Shown here: positions 1 to 8,370 of the stretch, in pieces
Layout: every line of letters starts with the position of its first letter
Numbering within the stretch: the stretch's first letter is position 1
Assembly (NCBI GenBank): GCA_963708075.1
Contig: OY970194.1
Span: forward strand, 6,976,001 to 7,040,000
From: Sedimentisphaerales bacterium
GTDB taxonomy: Bacteria > Planctomycetota > Phycisphaerae > Sedimentisphaerales > Anaerobacaceae
Reading direction: 5' to 3'
DNA length: 64,000 bases
Position numbers and translations under genes: made by a program
The notes under the pieces: generated by a model
What the model was told of the DNA's origin: nothing
Database searches by the model: none
What the model saw: only the letters and a program-made list of their open reading frames with translations

Positions 1-39
1 AGCGAACCCTACGACTGGCCCTTCATCGTGGCACGCTAG
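1..39 (+). CDS. 3' end of an unidentified CDS (…SEPYDWPFIVAR*)
   Basis: Open frame from base 1 to TAG at 37-39; too short to identify. Confidence 0.35.
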   Translation, partial: SEPYDWPFIVAR

Positions 40-137
40 GCCGATGCCTCTGGCGGCGGAACGGACTTGACGCAGCCCGCCTGCTGATGCATAGTACGAG
101 GAAGGATTGTGAGTCTTGGCTGGAGGCTTATATTGCC

Positions 138-1145
138 ATGATTCAGACGCGGACTGTGTTTGTCCTCGGGGCTGGCGCCAACTGCCCGTACGGCTTCCCG
201 ACTGCGAAAGGCCTGCGCGAACAAATCCTCTCGTCTTTCGTGAATCGGTACACTCAGTTTCTCGGCGACCCCAGTCGAGGAATTGGGGCTGGGCGAACAG
301 CGAGCGGATACCCGAGCTTAGACGAAGCAAAGCGCTTTGTGGAGTGCTTTGACCTGTCAAGCACCAAGTCAATAGATCTTTTCCTGTCGAGGAATCCGCG
401 GTTTGAGAAGATCGGCAAGATGGCGATTTGTCTCAGTATTCTCTATGCAGAGAGATATTGCGATTTCCGTGAGCAGATCAAGAAGGCGGAAGCAGAACAT
501 GACTGGTATTTCTACCTCTATGACAGACTCACGCGAGATGCAACAGGGAAAGATGATTATAGCCAGCTCGCTGAAAACCGCGTTACCTTCGTGACGTTCA
601 ACTATGATCGTTCTCTTGAGCACTTCCTGTTTACCAGTCTGCTGCACTCCTTCGAGGGGATAGATGAACAGAGGACTAAGGAGGAACTCAGGAGAAAACC
701 CGTCATTCACGTCTATGGAAAGCCCGCGTCCTTGCCATGGGAGCGAGATGATGGTCAGGGAACGCTTCCGTATGCATCACAAATTGATGACTTTGCGTCC
801 GTAGACCTCCTTGGTATTAGTAACAACATCTACGTGGTTCATGGAGAGAGGATAAACCCCAATCTGGAGAGCGCACGTAAGAAGGTACACGAGGCAGACC
901 ACGTGTTCTTCCTTGGCTTCGGTTACGCAAAAGAGAACTTGGAGATACTCGGATTGCCCGGCGTGCTACGGCGAGATCATCAGATATACGGAACTGCTCT
1001 GGGCTGGACTGACAGAGAGATCAACGGAATTAGGAACGACTTTCTTGACGGCTTGCGGCGCAGCGGCAGGCACACCCTTGGCGTTGGCGATCAAGTTCAG
1101 ATAGAGCAGTGTGACTGTGTCGCTTTGCTCCGCGAATTCCTGTGA
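138..1145 (+). CDS. SIR2-like domain protein (putative NADase)
   Basis: GGAGG at 122-126 before ATG138; motifs VFVLGAGA..YGFP, VTFNYDRSLE, IHVYG, FLGFGY match the Sir2-like pattern. Confidence 0.7.
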   Translation: MIQTRTVFVLGAGANCPYGFPTAKGLREQILSSFVNRYTQFLGDPSRGIGAGRTASGYPSLDEAKRFVECFDLSSTKSIDLFLSRNPRFEKIGKMAICLSILYAERYCDFREQIKKAEAEHDWYFYLYDRLTRDATGKDDYSQLAENRVTFVTFNYDRSLEHFLFTSLLHSFEGIDEQRTKEELRRKPVIHVYGKPASLPWERDDGQGTLPYASQIDDFASVDLLGISNNIYVVHGERINPNLESARKKVHEADHVFFLGFGYAKENLEILGLPGVLRRDHQIYGTALGWTDREINGIRNDFLDGLRRSGRHTLGVGDQVQIEQCDCVALLREFL

Positions 1146-1164
1146 AGGGAGCGACGATCGGCCA

Positions 1165-1237
1165 TGTCATTCCCGCGCAGGCGGGAATCCAGGAAGCTGC
1201 GAGGCATTCATGGACCCCCGCCTGCGCGGGGGTGACA
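1165..1237. repeat. Inverted pair of GTCATTCCCGCGCAGGCGGGAATCCA-type REP-like palindromes
   Basis: TGTCATTCCCGCGCAGGCGGGAATCCA (1165-1191) and near reverse complement TGGACCCCCGCCTGCGCGGGGGTGACA (1211-1237), between convergent genes. Confidence 0.85.
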
Positions 1238-1253
1238 TACGATGGTTGCGACT

Positions 1254-2516
1254 CTATGTGAGTGTAGTTGCCCTCAGCCGGTGCAAGACTTCGCCGGCGT
1301 GGGGGACTACCAGGATTCCCTCTTGCTCGCGGTTTTCGTAGGCGGCCACCTTGATGTCGGCGCAGGACATGTAGCCGAGGTTGATCTTTTCGCAGCGTTC
1401 CTTGGAGATACCGGTGGCGAGAATGACGTTGACGCGGGGTTTTTCGATGCCGTTCTCGAATGTGCCGCAGCCTCGGACGTGCGTCGAGTGGGCCAGGGAC
1501 GAACGCGGGATGTCGCGGAACCTGTCCATCTGCTTGAGGAAGTAGTCGCGCGTGTGATAGCCGATGCGGTCGAGGACCTTGCCGTGCGTGTAGGAGACCT
1601 CGGTGATGTGCGGGGCATAGATGATCAGCGTGCCGCCGTCGGCGACGATCGGTTCGAGCTTGTACATGACCTTGCCGGCGGTCCAGATGTCGTCGTACAT
1701 TTCGGGGCACAGGCCGAGGACCGTGTGGTAGGGGTGGTCCTTGTACACGATGTGGACCTCGTTGGACAGGTCCGCCGCCTTTTCCCAGGCTTCGAGGCAG
1801 TCACCGAGGAACAGGCCCTTGAGCTTGCCCTCGGCCGCCACGATGGCGATCAGGGCGTGCGGGACATTGATCAGCGAGGCGGCCTTCTCGACCACCTTGC
1901 GAGTCGCCGTCCATTTGCAGCCGTTGATCGCCGGATTCGTGATGATCGCGCCGAGCCAGTGGAAGAAGTTGATGATCTCATCGCCTGCGATGCCGGGGAA
2001 GACGTACTTATGACCGCCGGAAAAGCCGACAACCTCGTGCGGGAAGACGGGGCCGAGGATCAGGAACGTGTCATAGGCGAAGAGTAGCTTGTTGAGCCGG
2101 ACGTCCACCTCCTCGCGGAAGAGGCCGCCGCTGATCTCATGAACCTCGTCGGCGGTGATCCGGCCGATGGACGTGAATGTCTCGGGCTTGTCCCATTCAT
2201 GGTTGAAGAACCGCACGGAGGCGTACTTGCTCCGTCGTTCACTCAGCGTCATGGAGAGCCGCTTGCAGATTTGCAGCTCACTGAGCGGCTGGTGCGTTCC
2301 GAGCGCGACCAGGCAATCGACCGCTTTGGCTTGCCGGCCCAGATGGCCGTACATCAACTTGAAGATCTCGCCGATGGGCCCGGAGCGGGTGTTGTCCGGG
2401 ATCAGCACGAGGACCCGTTTGCCGGCGTAATCGTTCTTTGAGAAGTACTCGCCGAAGGCCTCATTCGCCTGCCGACTGCTGACGGCGCCATCTTTGTTCT
2501 GTCGCTCGATAATCAT
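1254..2516 (-). CDS. LarA-family (lactate racemase domain, DUF2088) racemase/epimerase
   Basis: Motifs LIPDNTRS, VALGTH, FNHEW, PHEVVGFSGGHKY typical of LarA homologues. Confidence 0.85.
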   Translation of the reverse strand: MIIERQNKDGAVSSRQANEAFGEYFSKNDYAGKRVLVLIPDNTRSGPIGEIFKLMYGHLGRQAKAVDCLVALGTHQPLSELQICKRLSMTLSERRSKYASVRFFNHEWDKPETFTSIGRITADEVHEISGGLFREEVDVRLNKLLFAYDTFLILGPVFPHEVVGFSGGHKYVFPGIAGDEIINFFHWLGAIITNPAINGCKWTATRKVVEKAASLINVPHALIAIVAAEGKLKGLFLGDCLEAWEKAADLSNEVHIVYKDHPYHTVLGLCPEMYDDIWTAGKVMYKLEPIVADGGTLIIYAPHITEVSYTHGKVLDRIGYHTRDYFLKQMDRFRDIPRSSLAHSTHVRGCGTFENGIEKPRVNVILATGISKERCEKINLGYMSCADIKVAAYENREQEGILVVPHAGEVLHRLRATTLT

Positions 2517-2592
2517 GTTTTGTCACCTGAACCAAACTGCTCTCTATTATTACGCCAGCCTTGCCTATTAGGATCGGTGGGCACAGCCCACA

Positions 2593-3501
2593 CTACTTTA
2601 TCCACGGCGGTTTCTCGGGCAGGTGGCGGTCGAACTCCTCGATCAGTTTTCTCTCGTACGCTTCGGCGTATTGGCCCTTGAAGAACCGGCCGAGCGCCTC
2701 ATCGTGGAATCGCTTCCAGGAGGCATCTTCGCTGCCTGGATTGATGGGGTAGAACAGGGCGTTGTTGGCCTTGGCGGCCTTCAGGTCGCTTGGCGCATCG
2801 CCTACCAAGAGGACATGATTCTCCTGATACCTGCCCTTCGTCGCGTATTGCAGGTGCTGGGTCTTGGCGCCCATCTCCTGGCCTGCGATCACGGCCACGT
2901 ACTTGGCGATATCGTGCTCGTTCCACTCGCGGAACAGCGCCTCGCCGGGTGTGGTTGAAACTACGATGACATCCGCCTTGTCCTGCAACTTCTCCAGGCT
3001 TTCCCGCAGGAACGGAAAGGGCGGCACGTCCTTCACGATCTCCGCCACCGCCCAGTTCACACGCTCGCTCCACTGGAGGGCGAGCTCCAGCTCCCTTCTG
3101 GCCTCGTCTTCAGCCCCGGCAATGGCCTGCTTGAGCCCATCGTCGCTCAGCGTGCTGCCCGGGTCGTCCACCCAGGCGAAGTAGTGGGGGAACTGCGGGA
3201 CCTTGAACTTCCTGCTCTTGACCATCGGGTGGGTCGGCAGCAATTCAGTGAGGATCCGCTTGAGGGTCTTATGCCGGTTCTCGCCGCGGGTTTTGGAGAA
3301 CAGGTCGGCGAACTCCTTGCACTCGCGGGCGGCCTGGGCCACCGGTTGCAGGCCGAAGCAGCCGATCATCCACGGACAGAAGCACTCCCGCTGCTTGATG
3401 CCCATCGTGTCGAACACAGAGCCGTCGGAGTCGATGCCGACAAAGAACTCGTGCTGAGGCTGGAAATCCTTCAGGACTTGTGCGAGGTCCGCTGCCGTCA
3501 T
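2593..3501 (-). CDS. HAD-family hydrolase
   Basis: Motif I GIDSDGSVFD, motif II VVST, motif IV LVGDAPSD; purine-rich RBS before ATG at 3501. Confidence 0.8.
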   Translation of the reverse strand: MTAADLAQVLKDFQPQHEFFVGIDSDGSVFDTMGIKQRECFCPWMIGCFGLQPVAQAARECKEFADLFSKTRGENRHKTLKRILTELLPTHPMVKSRKFKVPQFPHYFAWVDDPGSTLSDDGLKQAIAGAEDEARRELELALQWSERVNWAVAEIVKDVPPFPFLRESLEKLQDKADVIVVSTTPGEALFREWNEHDIAKYVAVIAGQEMGAKTQHLQYATKGRYQENHVLLVGDAPSDLKAAKANNALFYPINPGSEDASWKRFHDEALGRFFKGQYAEAYERKLIEEFDRHLPEKPPWIK

Positions 3502-3539
3502 CCCCTCTCCTCGTGGAAGGTAGCGACGGGCGATAGCAT

Positions 3540-3611
3540 GTAGGGTGGGTCCTTGACCCGCGCGTGAAGAGGTATCGATAGGGTAACGCGTGGGTTGAGA
3601 ACCCACCCTAC
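3540..3611. repeat. GTAG-type REP doublet
   Basis: GTAGGGTGGGT (3540-3550) and exact reverse complement ACCCACCCTAC (3601-3611), each arm with its own small hairpin. Confidence 0.8.
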
Positions 3612-3643
3612 GAGATTCAAGGGTTGTGCCGGGTCCGCTGTTG

Positions 3644-5153
3644 TCATTGGGGCTGCCCGTAATACTTGTACTGCTTGACCTGCTTGGGTCCTCGCTTGTC
3701 GCTTCTGCCGCCGACCTCTCGGCGGAGCGGAATCTGCATGCCGCCGGTCTTGTCGAGCCAATCGTACAATCGCTTCTTCAGGCTCGCGACGTGCTGCTTG
3801 TGCTCGGGCTGGTCGATGAGGTTGTGCATCTCGTCCGGATCGTTCTGCATGTCATACAGCTCGTCGGTGTCCCAGATGCCGTGATAGTGGATGAACTTGT
3901 ATTGGTCGGTTCGCACGCCGAAGGTCGTCGGCGTCTGCGGGAAGGCGGCCTCCCAATAGTACTCGTAGAAAACGGCGTCACGCCAGGGAATGTCCTTGCC
4001 TTCGAGCAGGGGGAGCAGCGAGCGGCCGTCCATGTGCTCGGGCGTCTGGACGCCGGCAGCTTCCAGGATCGTGGGGGCGATGTCGATGTTCTGCACGAGC
4101 TGCGTGACCTTCGTCGCGGGCTTGATGATCTCGGGACAATACGCCAGCAGCGGCACTCGCATGGAGGGCTCGTACATATGGCGTTTGTCGATCAGGCCGT
4201 GCTCGCCGAAACAGAAGCCGTTGTCGCCCATATAGAAGACGAGTGTAGACTCGGCCTGGCCGATCTCCTTGAGACAGTCGAGCACCCGGCCGATGCTGTC
4301 ATCGACGCTCAGCAGCGTCTCGCAATAACGCTTGTAGAATGTATCAAAGTCCATCTGGCCGTGATACATGTAATCCACGCCGTGCCAACTGTTGCGTTGC
4401 TCTTTGACCCAGGCCGGCTTGCCGCGATAGTTCTCTTCCGTGTCCGCCATGCTCTTGGGGTAGTCAAGCGTGACTTTCTCGTACCTGCCGGCGTGCCGCT
4501 TGGCCGGCGCGAACATCGCGTGAACAGCCTTGTGCGACAGGTACAGGAAGAAGGGCTTATCCCGCTCCTGCTTGAGCCACTCGACGGCGTAGTCCGTCAG
4601 CTCATCGGAGATGTGCTTCGTGGTCTTGACCTTCTTGCCGTCAATGTTCAGCTCGGTGTTGTAGTACTCGCCCTGGCCCCGGAAGCTGATCCACTTGTCG
4701 AAGCCCGGGTCGGGTCTCGTCGCTGTCGTGGCCCATGTGCCATTTGCCCATGAAGGCCGTGCGGTAGCCCAACTCCTGGAGGTACTGCGGGAAGAATACA
4801 AGGTCCTTGCGGATATCCGTCTGGTTGTCCACGACGCCGTGCTTGTGCGAGAGCATCCCGGTCAGGATCGAGGCCCGGCTCGGCGAGCACAGGGCGGTTG
4901 TCACAAAGGCATTCTGCAGGTGCGCCCCCTCGCGGGCCAGCCGGTCCATGTTGGGCGTCTCCAGAAACTTCACCTTGCCCATGAAGCCCATGAAATCATA
5001 GCGATGATCGTCAGCCAGGATGAACACCACATTCCGCGGCTTTCGCCCGGGAATCGTGTTTAGCCTGTTCTTCTGCTGGCCCGTGGTTGCCCGGGCCAGA
5101 CCCAGAGCTAGCGACGCTGCCCCGGCCGATTGAAGGAAGTCTCTTCTATTCAT
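3644..5153 (-). CDS. Tat-exported formylglycine-dependent sulfatase, split by one frameshift near 4707
   Basis: MNRRDFL Tat signal, ILADD, CSPSRASILTG, GKWHMG in one frame; GFDKW, DNG, DKR, ELYD..DP.E in the next. Removing one G from CCCGGGCTTC joins them. Confidence 0.85.
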
Positions 5154-5185
5154 CCTGTCCTCGTTCACTCAAACGCCGCAGTCGC

Positions 5186-5206
5186 GTAGGGTGTGCATCG
5201 CACACC
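5186..5206 (+). repeat. GTAG-type REP, copy of GTAGGGTGTGC-N3-GCACACC
   Basis: GTAGGGTGTGCATCGCACACC; related copies at 6236-6256 and 14240-14260. Confidence 0.75.
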
Positions 5207-5235
5207 TTCTTCTGCTATCTCAAAACTGTGGGTTG

Positions 5236-5316
5236 CGGGTGCCATGTCCACGCTCGCGTGGACATGTTCCACCAACGGGACAAGGCATGCTTACGCAAGC
5301 GTAAGCATGGCACCCG
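5236..5316. repeat. Inverted-repeat element CGGGTGCCATG…CATGGCACCCG with internal hairpins
   Basis: 11-bp perfect terminal inverted repeats; internal palindromes CATGTCCACG-CTCG-CGTGGACATG and CATGCTTACG-CAAG-CGTAAGCATG. Confidence 0.8.
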
Positions 5317-5385
5317 GCAAGAGGGCCGAAAGCCGCCCACCAAATTGGGATAGCCGCAGTACTACAATTGCTATTGCCTCTGGAT

Positions 5386-6205
5386 CTATACGCCGCTGAA
5401 GGCGGAGAAGCCACCGTCCACGGGGATGGTCACGCCCGTGACGAATTTTGCCGCGTCGCTGAGCAGCCAGATCACTGTGCCGATCAGCTCATTGGGCTGG
5501 CCGAAGCGACCCATCGGTGTGTGCTCGGTGACGGTCTTGCCTCGCGGCGTCAGGTCACCGGTCTTCGCATCGGTCAGCAGGAATCGGTTCTGCTCGGTCA
5601 GGAAGAAGCCCGGCGCAATGGCATTGACGCGAATCTCCTTCGAGCAGTTCTGGCAGATATGCACGGCCAGCCACTGGGTGAAGTTGCTCACAGCGGCCTT
5701 GGCGGCGGAATACGCCGGAATCTTCGTCAGAGGCCGAATCGCGTTCATGCTGGAGATGTTCAGGATCACGCCCGAGCCTTGCTCGGCCATCGTCTTGCCG
5801 AAGACTTGCGTCGGCAGCAGCGTACCCAGGAAGTTCAGGTCGAAGACGAACCGGACCGCCTCCGCCGGCAGGTCGAAGAACGACACTTCGGGCGAAGTGG
5901 TCGCTTCCTTCTTATTGCCGCCGGCGCCGTTGATCAGCGCATCGACCCGTCCGAACTCGGCGATTACCTTCTTCTGGGCCTGCTCGATGCCGGCCTTGTC
6001 GAGCACGTTGCACGCCACGCCGATGGCCGTGCCGCCCTTGGCCTTGATTTCCTCGGCGACTGCGCGTCGCGGCAGGCTCAGACAGGTCGAGCACGGCGAT
6101 CTTCGCGCCCGCCTGGCCCAGGGCCCGGGCCATCTCGCCGCACAGGATCCCGCCGCCGCCGGTGATCGCGATTACCTTACCCTTCACGTCGAACAGATTG
6201 CTCAT
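5386..6205 (-). CDS. SDR oxidoreductase (D-mannonate oxidoreductase/UxuB-like), frameshifted near 6064
   Basis: TGGGGILC in the 5' frame; INGAGGN, NISS, YSAAK, VNAIAPGFF, VDGGFSA in the 3' frame. Confidence 0.8.
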
Positions 6206-6235
6206 TTCTACCCTTTCGGCAGACATTTCAGACTG

Positions 6236-6256
6236 GCAGCGTGTGCCATGCACACC
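6236..6256 (+). repeat. Degenerate copy of the GTGTGC-GCACACC REP
   Basis: GCAGCGTGTGCCATGCACACC, similar to 5186 and 14240. Confidence 0.55.
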
Positions 6257-6392
6257 TTTTTCCATGCTTGCCATGAAACCAACGTTCCGGCAGAATATAC
6301 CCGATTCGCGACGCGATTTCAACGCGCAGAATCGCGCACAGCAAGTCCAGGTGCCGATGGTTCTTCACATGGAGCAAGAAAGACGAATTAGC

Positions 6393-6734
6393 ATGGCCAA
6401 CTACATGATCGCCCATTTCGACGACATCGAGGCGGTGATATGTCCCTGCGGGTTCGCTCGACGGGCGTTCGCCGTGCCCGACAACTCCGCCGCCACGGTC
6501 CACATCGTTGATATCCAGCAGGATTCGCAGGTGCACTACCACAAGGAGCACACGGAAATCTACCTGGTCCTCGAAGGCAAAGGTCACATGGAGTTGGATG
6601 GCGACATGGTTCCTATCCGCCCCTTCACCACGGTCCTGATCAAGCCGCTGTGTCGTCACCGGGCCGTCGGCCGGCTCCGCATCGTCAACATCTGCATCCC
6701 GCCCTTCGACCCAGCCGATGAATGGTTCGACTGA
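6393..6734 (+). CDS. Cupin domain protein
   Basis: HYHKEHTEIYLVLEGKG and P..RHRAVG cupin motifs; N-terminal CPCG. Confidence 0.85.
   Translation: MANYMIAHFDDIEAVICPCGFARRAFAVPDNSAATVHIVDIQQDSQVHYHKEHTEIYLVLEGKGHMELDGDMVPIRPFTTVLIKPLCRHRAVGRLRIVNICIPPFDPADEWFD
6651..6734 (+). repeat. 84-bp direct repeat, left copy (cupin 3' end)
   Basis: Aligns without gaps to 10449-10532 with 10 mismatches by hand count. Confidence 0.95.
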
Positions 6735-6743
6735 AGAGTGTTC

Positions 6744-6771
6744 TTGCAGAACTGCCCGAAAAGCGTATAAT
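6744..6771 (+). promoter_or_regulatory. Sigma70-like promoter for riboswitch 1
   Basis: TTGCAG-N16-TATAAT just upstream of the aptamer. Confidence 0.6.
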
Positions 6772-6794
6772 AACACACCATACGCGAAAGACCG

Positions 6795-6922
6795 ATGTCG
6801 CCGAAATCTGTGCAGCACACAGACACGGGGGACCCAGGTCTCCGGGGCGAATTCCCCACCCAGCAGGGGGATAATGCGATTCTGAGCTTGAGCCCGTCTG
6901 CTAAGCCCACAGGCATTTGGGA
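6795..6922 (+). ncRNA. c-di-AMP (ydaO/yuaA) riboswitch, divergent copy
   Basis: GCCGAA…ACGGGGGACCC…GGGGCGAAT…GAGCCCGTC.GCTAA…AGGC layout; clear paralogue of 8158-8285. Confidence 0.75.
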
Positions 6923-6946
6923 ACTCGTTCGAGAGAGGATTGAGTC

Positions 6947-7885
6947 ATGGCGATGAAATCCAGCCTCACGTACCTTATCTTGATGGCTGCCGGAACCGTA
7001 GTGTGGATCGCAATCCTGTTGGCGGTCCTGCGTTTTCACCCAGAGGCAGATGCCGCGGCGCAGCTTGCCTTTAAGGCCCAAAGAGTCAAATTAGTGAGTC
7101 AGATGCGCCTGGACTTGGCTTCGGCCTCAGAGGCTGGAAAGAGCGCCGTCATGGCCACGACCGATCAGGACTCGCAGGCTTTCGCAGATCAGGCCCGTGC
7201 GGCTACCGCTGCGGTGGAGCGAGGGCGCACGGAGGTGGAGGAACTCCTACGGACACGCGGCACGAAGAACGAAGAGGAGTTGCTTGCCCAATTCTCCCAA
7301 GCCTTTGCCGAGTTTCAGCGCATCGATAAAGACGTGTTGGAAATGGCGGTCCAGAACACCAACCTCAAGGCTTACAGTCTGGCCTTTGGCCCCGCCGCAG
7401 AGGTGCTCGATGAAATGGATGCCGCGCTTTCCCGCATTGTGGCCCAGAACGTCAACTCCACGGCCCCGGATGCCAAGCAGGTGATGCAGCTTGCGGACGA
7501 CGCTCGGATCAGAGCCTTGCACATACAGACCCTATTAGCACCGCACATTGCAGAGGAAAGTGGCGGGAAGATGGACGAGTTGGAAGCTCTGATGGCAAAG
7601 GACGATGTAGAGGTCCACAAAGACTTGGCCGGTTTGGCCACACTGTTGAAGTCCACCGGGGACCCCGACCTGGAGATCGCTTCGTCGCGCTATACCCAGT
7701 TCAGTGAGATCAAAACACAGATCATCAAACTCTCCCGGGAAAACACGAACGTCCGGTCACTGGTCATCACACTGAACCAGGAACGCAAGGTGATGCTGAT
7801 GTGTCAGGACGCTCTGGCCGCCTTGGAGCAGGCCATTCAGCAGGAGCCCGTCGTGGGCCGGAAGACACCGGTCCTTCCACGGTAG
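6947..7885 (+). CDS. Membrane-anchored tandem four-helix-bundle (MCP ligand-binding-like) protein without a signalling domain
   Basis: One N-terminal hydrophobic segment; two similar helical modules ending (Q/E)NTN(L/V)(K/R); no HAMP or MCP tail. Confidence 0.65.
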   Translation: MAMKSSLTYLILMAAGTVVWIAILLAVLRFHPEADAAAQLAFKAQRVKLVSQMRLDLASASEAGKSAVMATTDQDSQAFADQARAATAAVERGRTEVEELLRTRGTKNEEELLAQFSQAFAEFQRIDKDVLEMAVQNTNLKAYSLAFGPAAEVLDEMDAALSRIVAQNVNSTAPDAKQVMQLADDARIRALHIQTLLAPHIAEESGGKMDELEALMAKDDVEVHKDLAGLATLLKSTGDPDLEIASSRYTQFSEIKTQIIKLSRENTNVRSLVITLNQERKVMLMCQDALAALEQAIQQEPVVGRKTPVLPR

Positions 7886-8111
7886 CAGTGGACGAGTGCA
7901 AGGCATAGTCGGTTGCCATCGCCCAAGAGAACCATCCCGCTGCCCGCAAGCAGGTGAAGGGTCAATTCCACGTCACGGCAGATTCCATCCAGCGGTCCCT
8001 GGTGAATGCAATCTTGCTCCGTCGTGCTCTCTACTATAGGCGAAACGCGGGCTCTTCATCCCCACCCGTAGCACAAGGCAAGATTGGTGTTTATCGCGTG
8101 CCGTTTTTGAC

Positions 8112-8139
8112 TTGCACAATCCGTTGAACCGCATACAAT
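8112..8139 (+). promoter_or_regulatory. Sigma70-like promoter for riboswitch 2
   Basis: TTGCAC-N16-TACAAT. Confidence 0.6.
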
Positions 8140-8157
8140 ATGCTCCTATTAGAACCA

Positions 8158-8285
8158 ATGTCGCCGAAATCTGTGCCGTACACAGATACGGGGGACCCAA
8201 GGTTTCCGGGGCGAATTCCTCACCCAGCAGGGGATAAGGCACTTCCAAGCCTGAGCCCGTCAGCTAACCCCGTAGGCATTTGGGA
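8158..8285 (+). ncRNA. c-di-AMP (ydaO/yuaA) riboswitch
   Basis: GCCGAA…TACGGGGGACCC…GGGGCGAAT…GAGCCCGTCAGCTAACCCCGTAGGC; TACGGGG pairs perfectly with CCCCGTA; lies upstream of a YdaO/KimA-like gene. Confidence 0.9.
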
Positions 8286-8335
8286 GGGCATGGTACAGGG
8301 ATAAGATGATTGTTGCCATGCCGGCAATCTCTTCT

Positions 8336-8370
8336 GTTATCTCCTGCCTGCCTTCCGGAAAGGAGATAGC
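8336..8370 (+). promoter_or_regulatory. RBS-sequestering hairpin (candidate expression platform)
   Basis: GTTATCTCCT (8336-8345) pairs with AGGAGATAGC (8361-8370), immediately before GTG8371. Confidence 0.65.
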
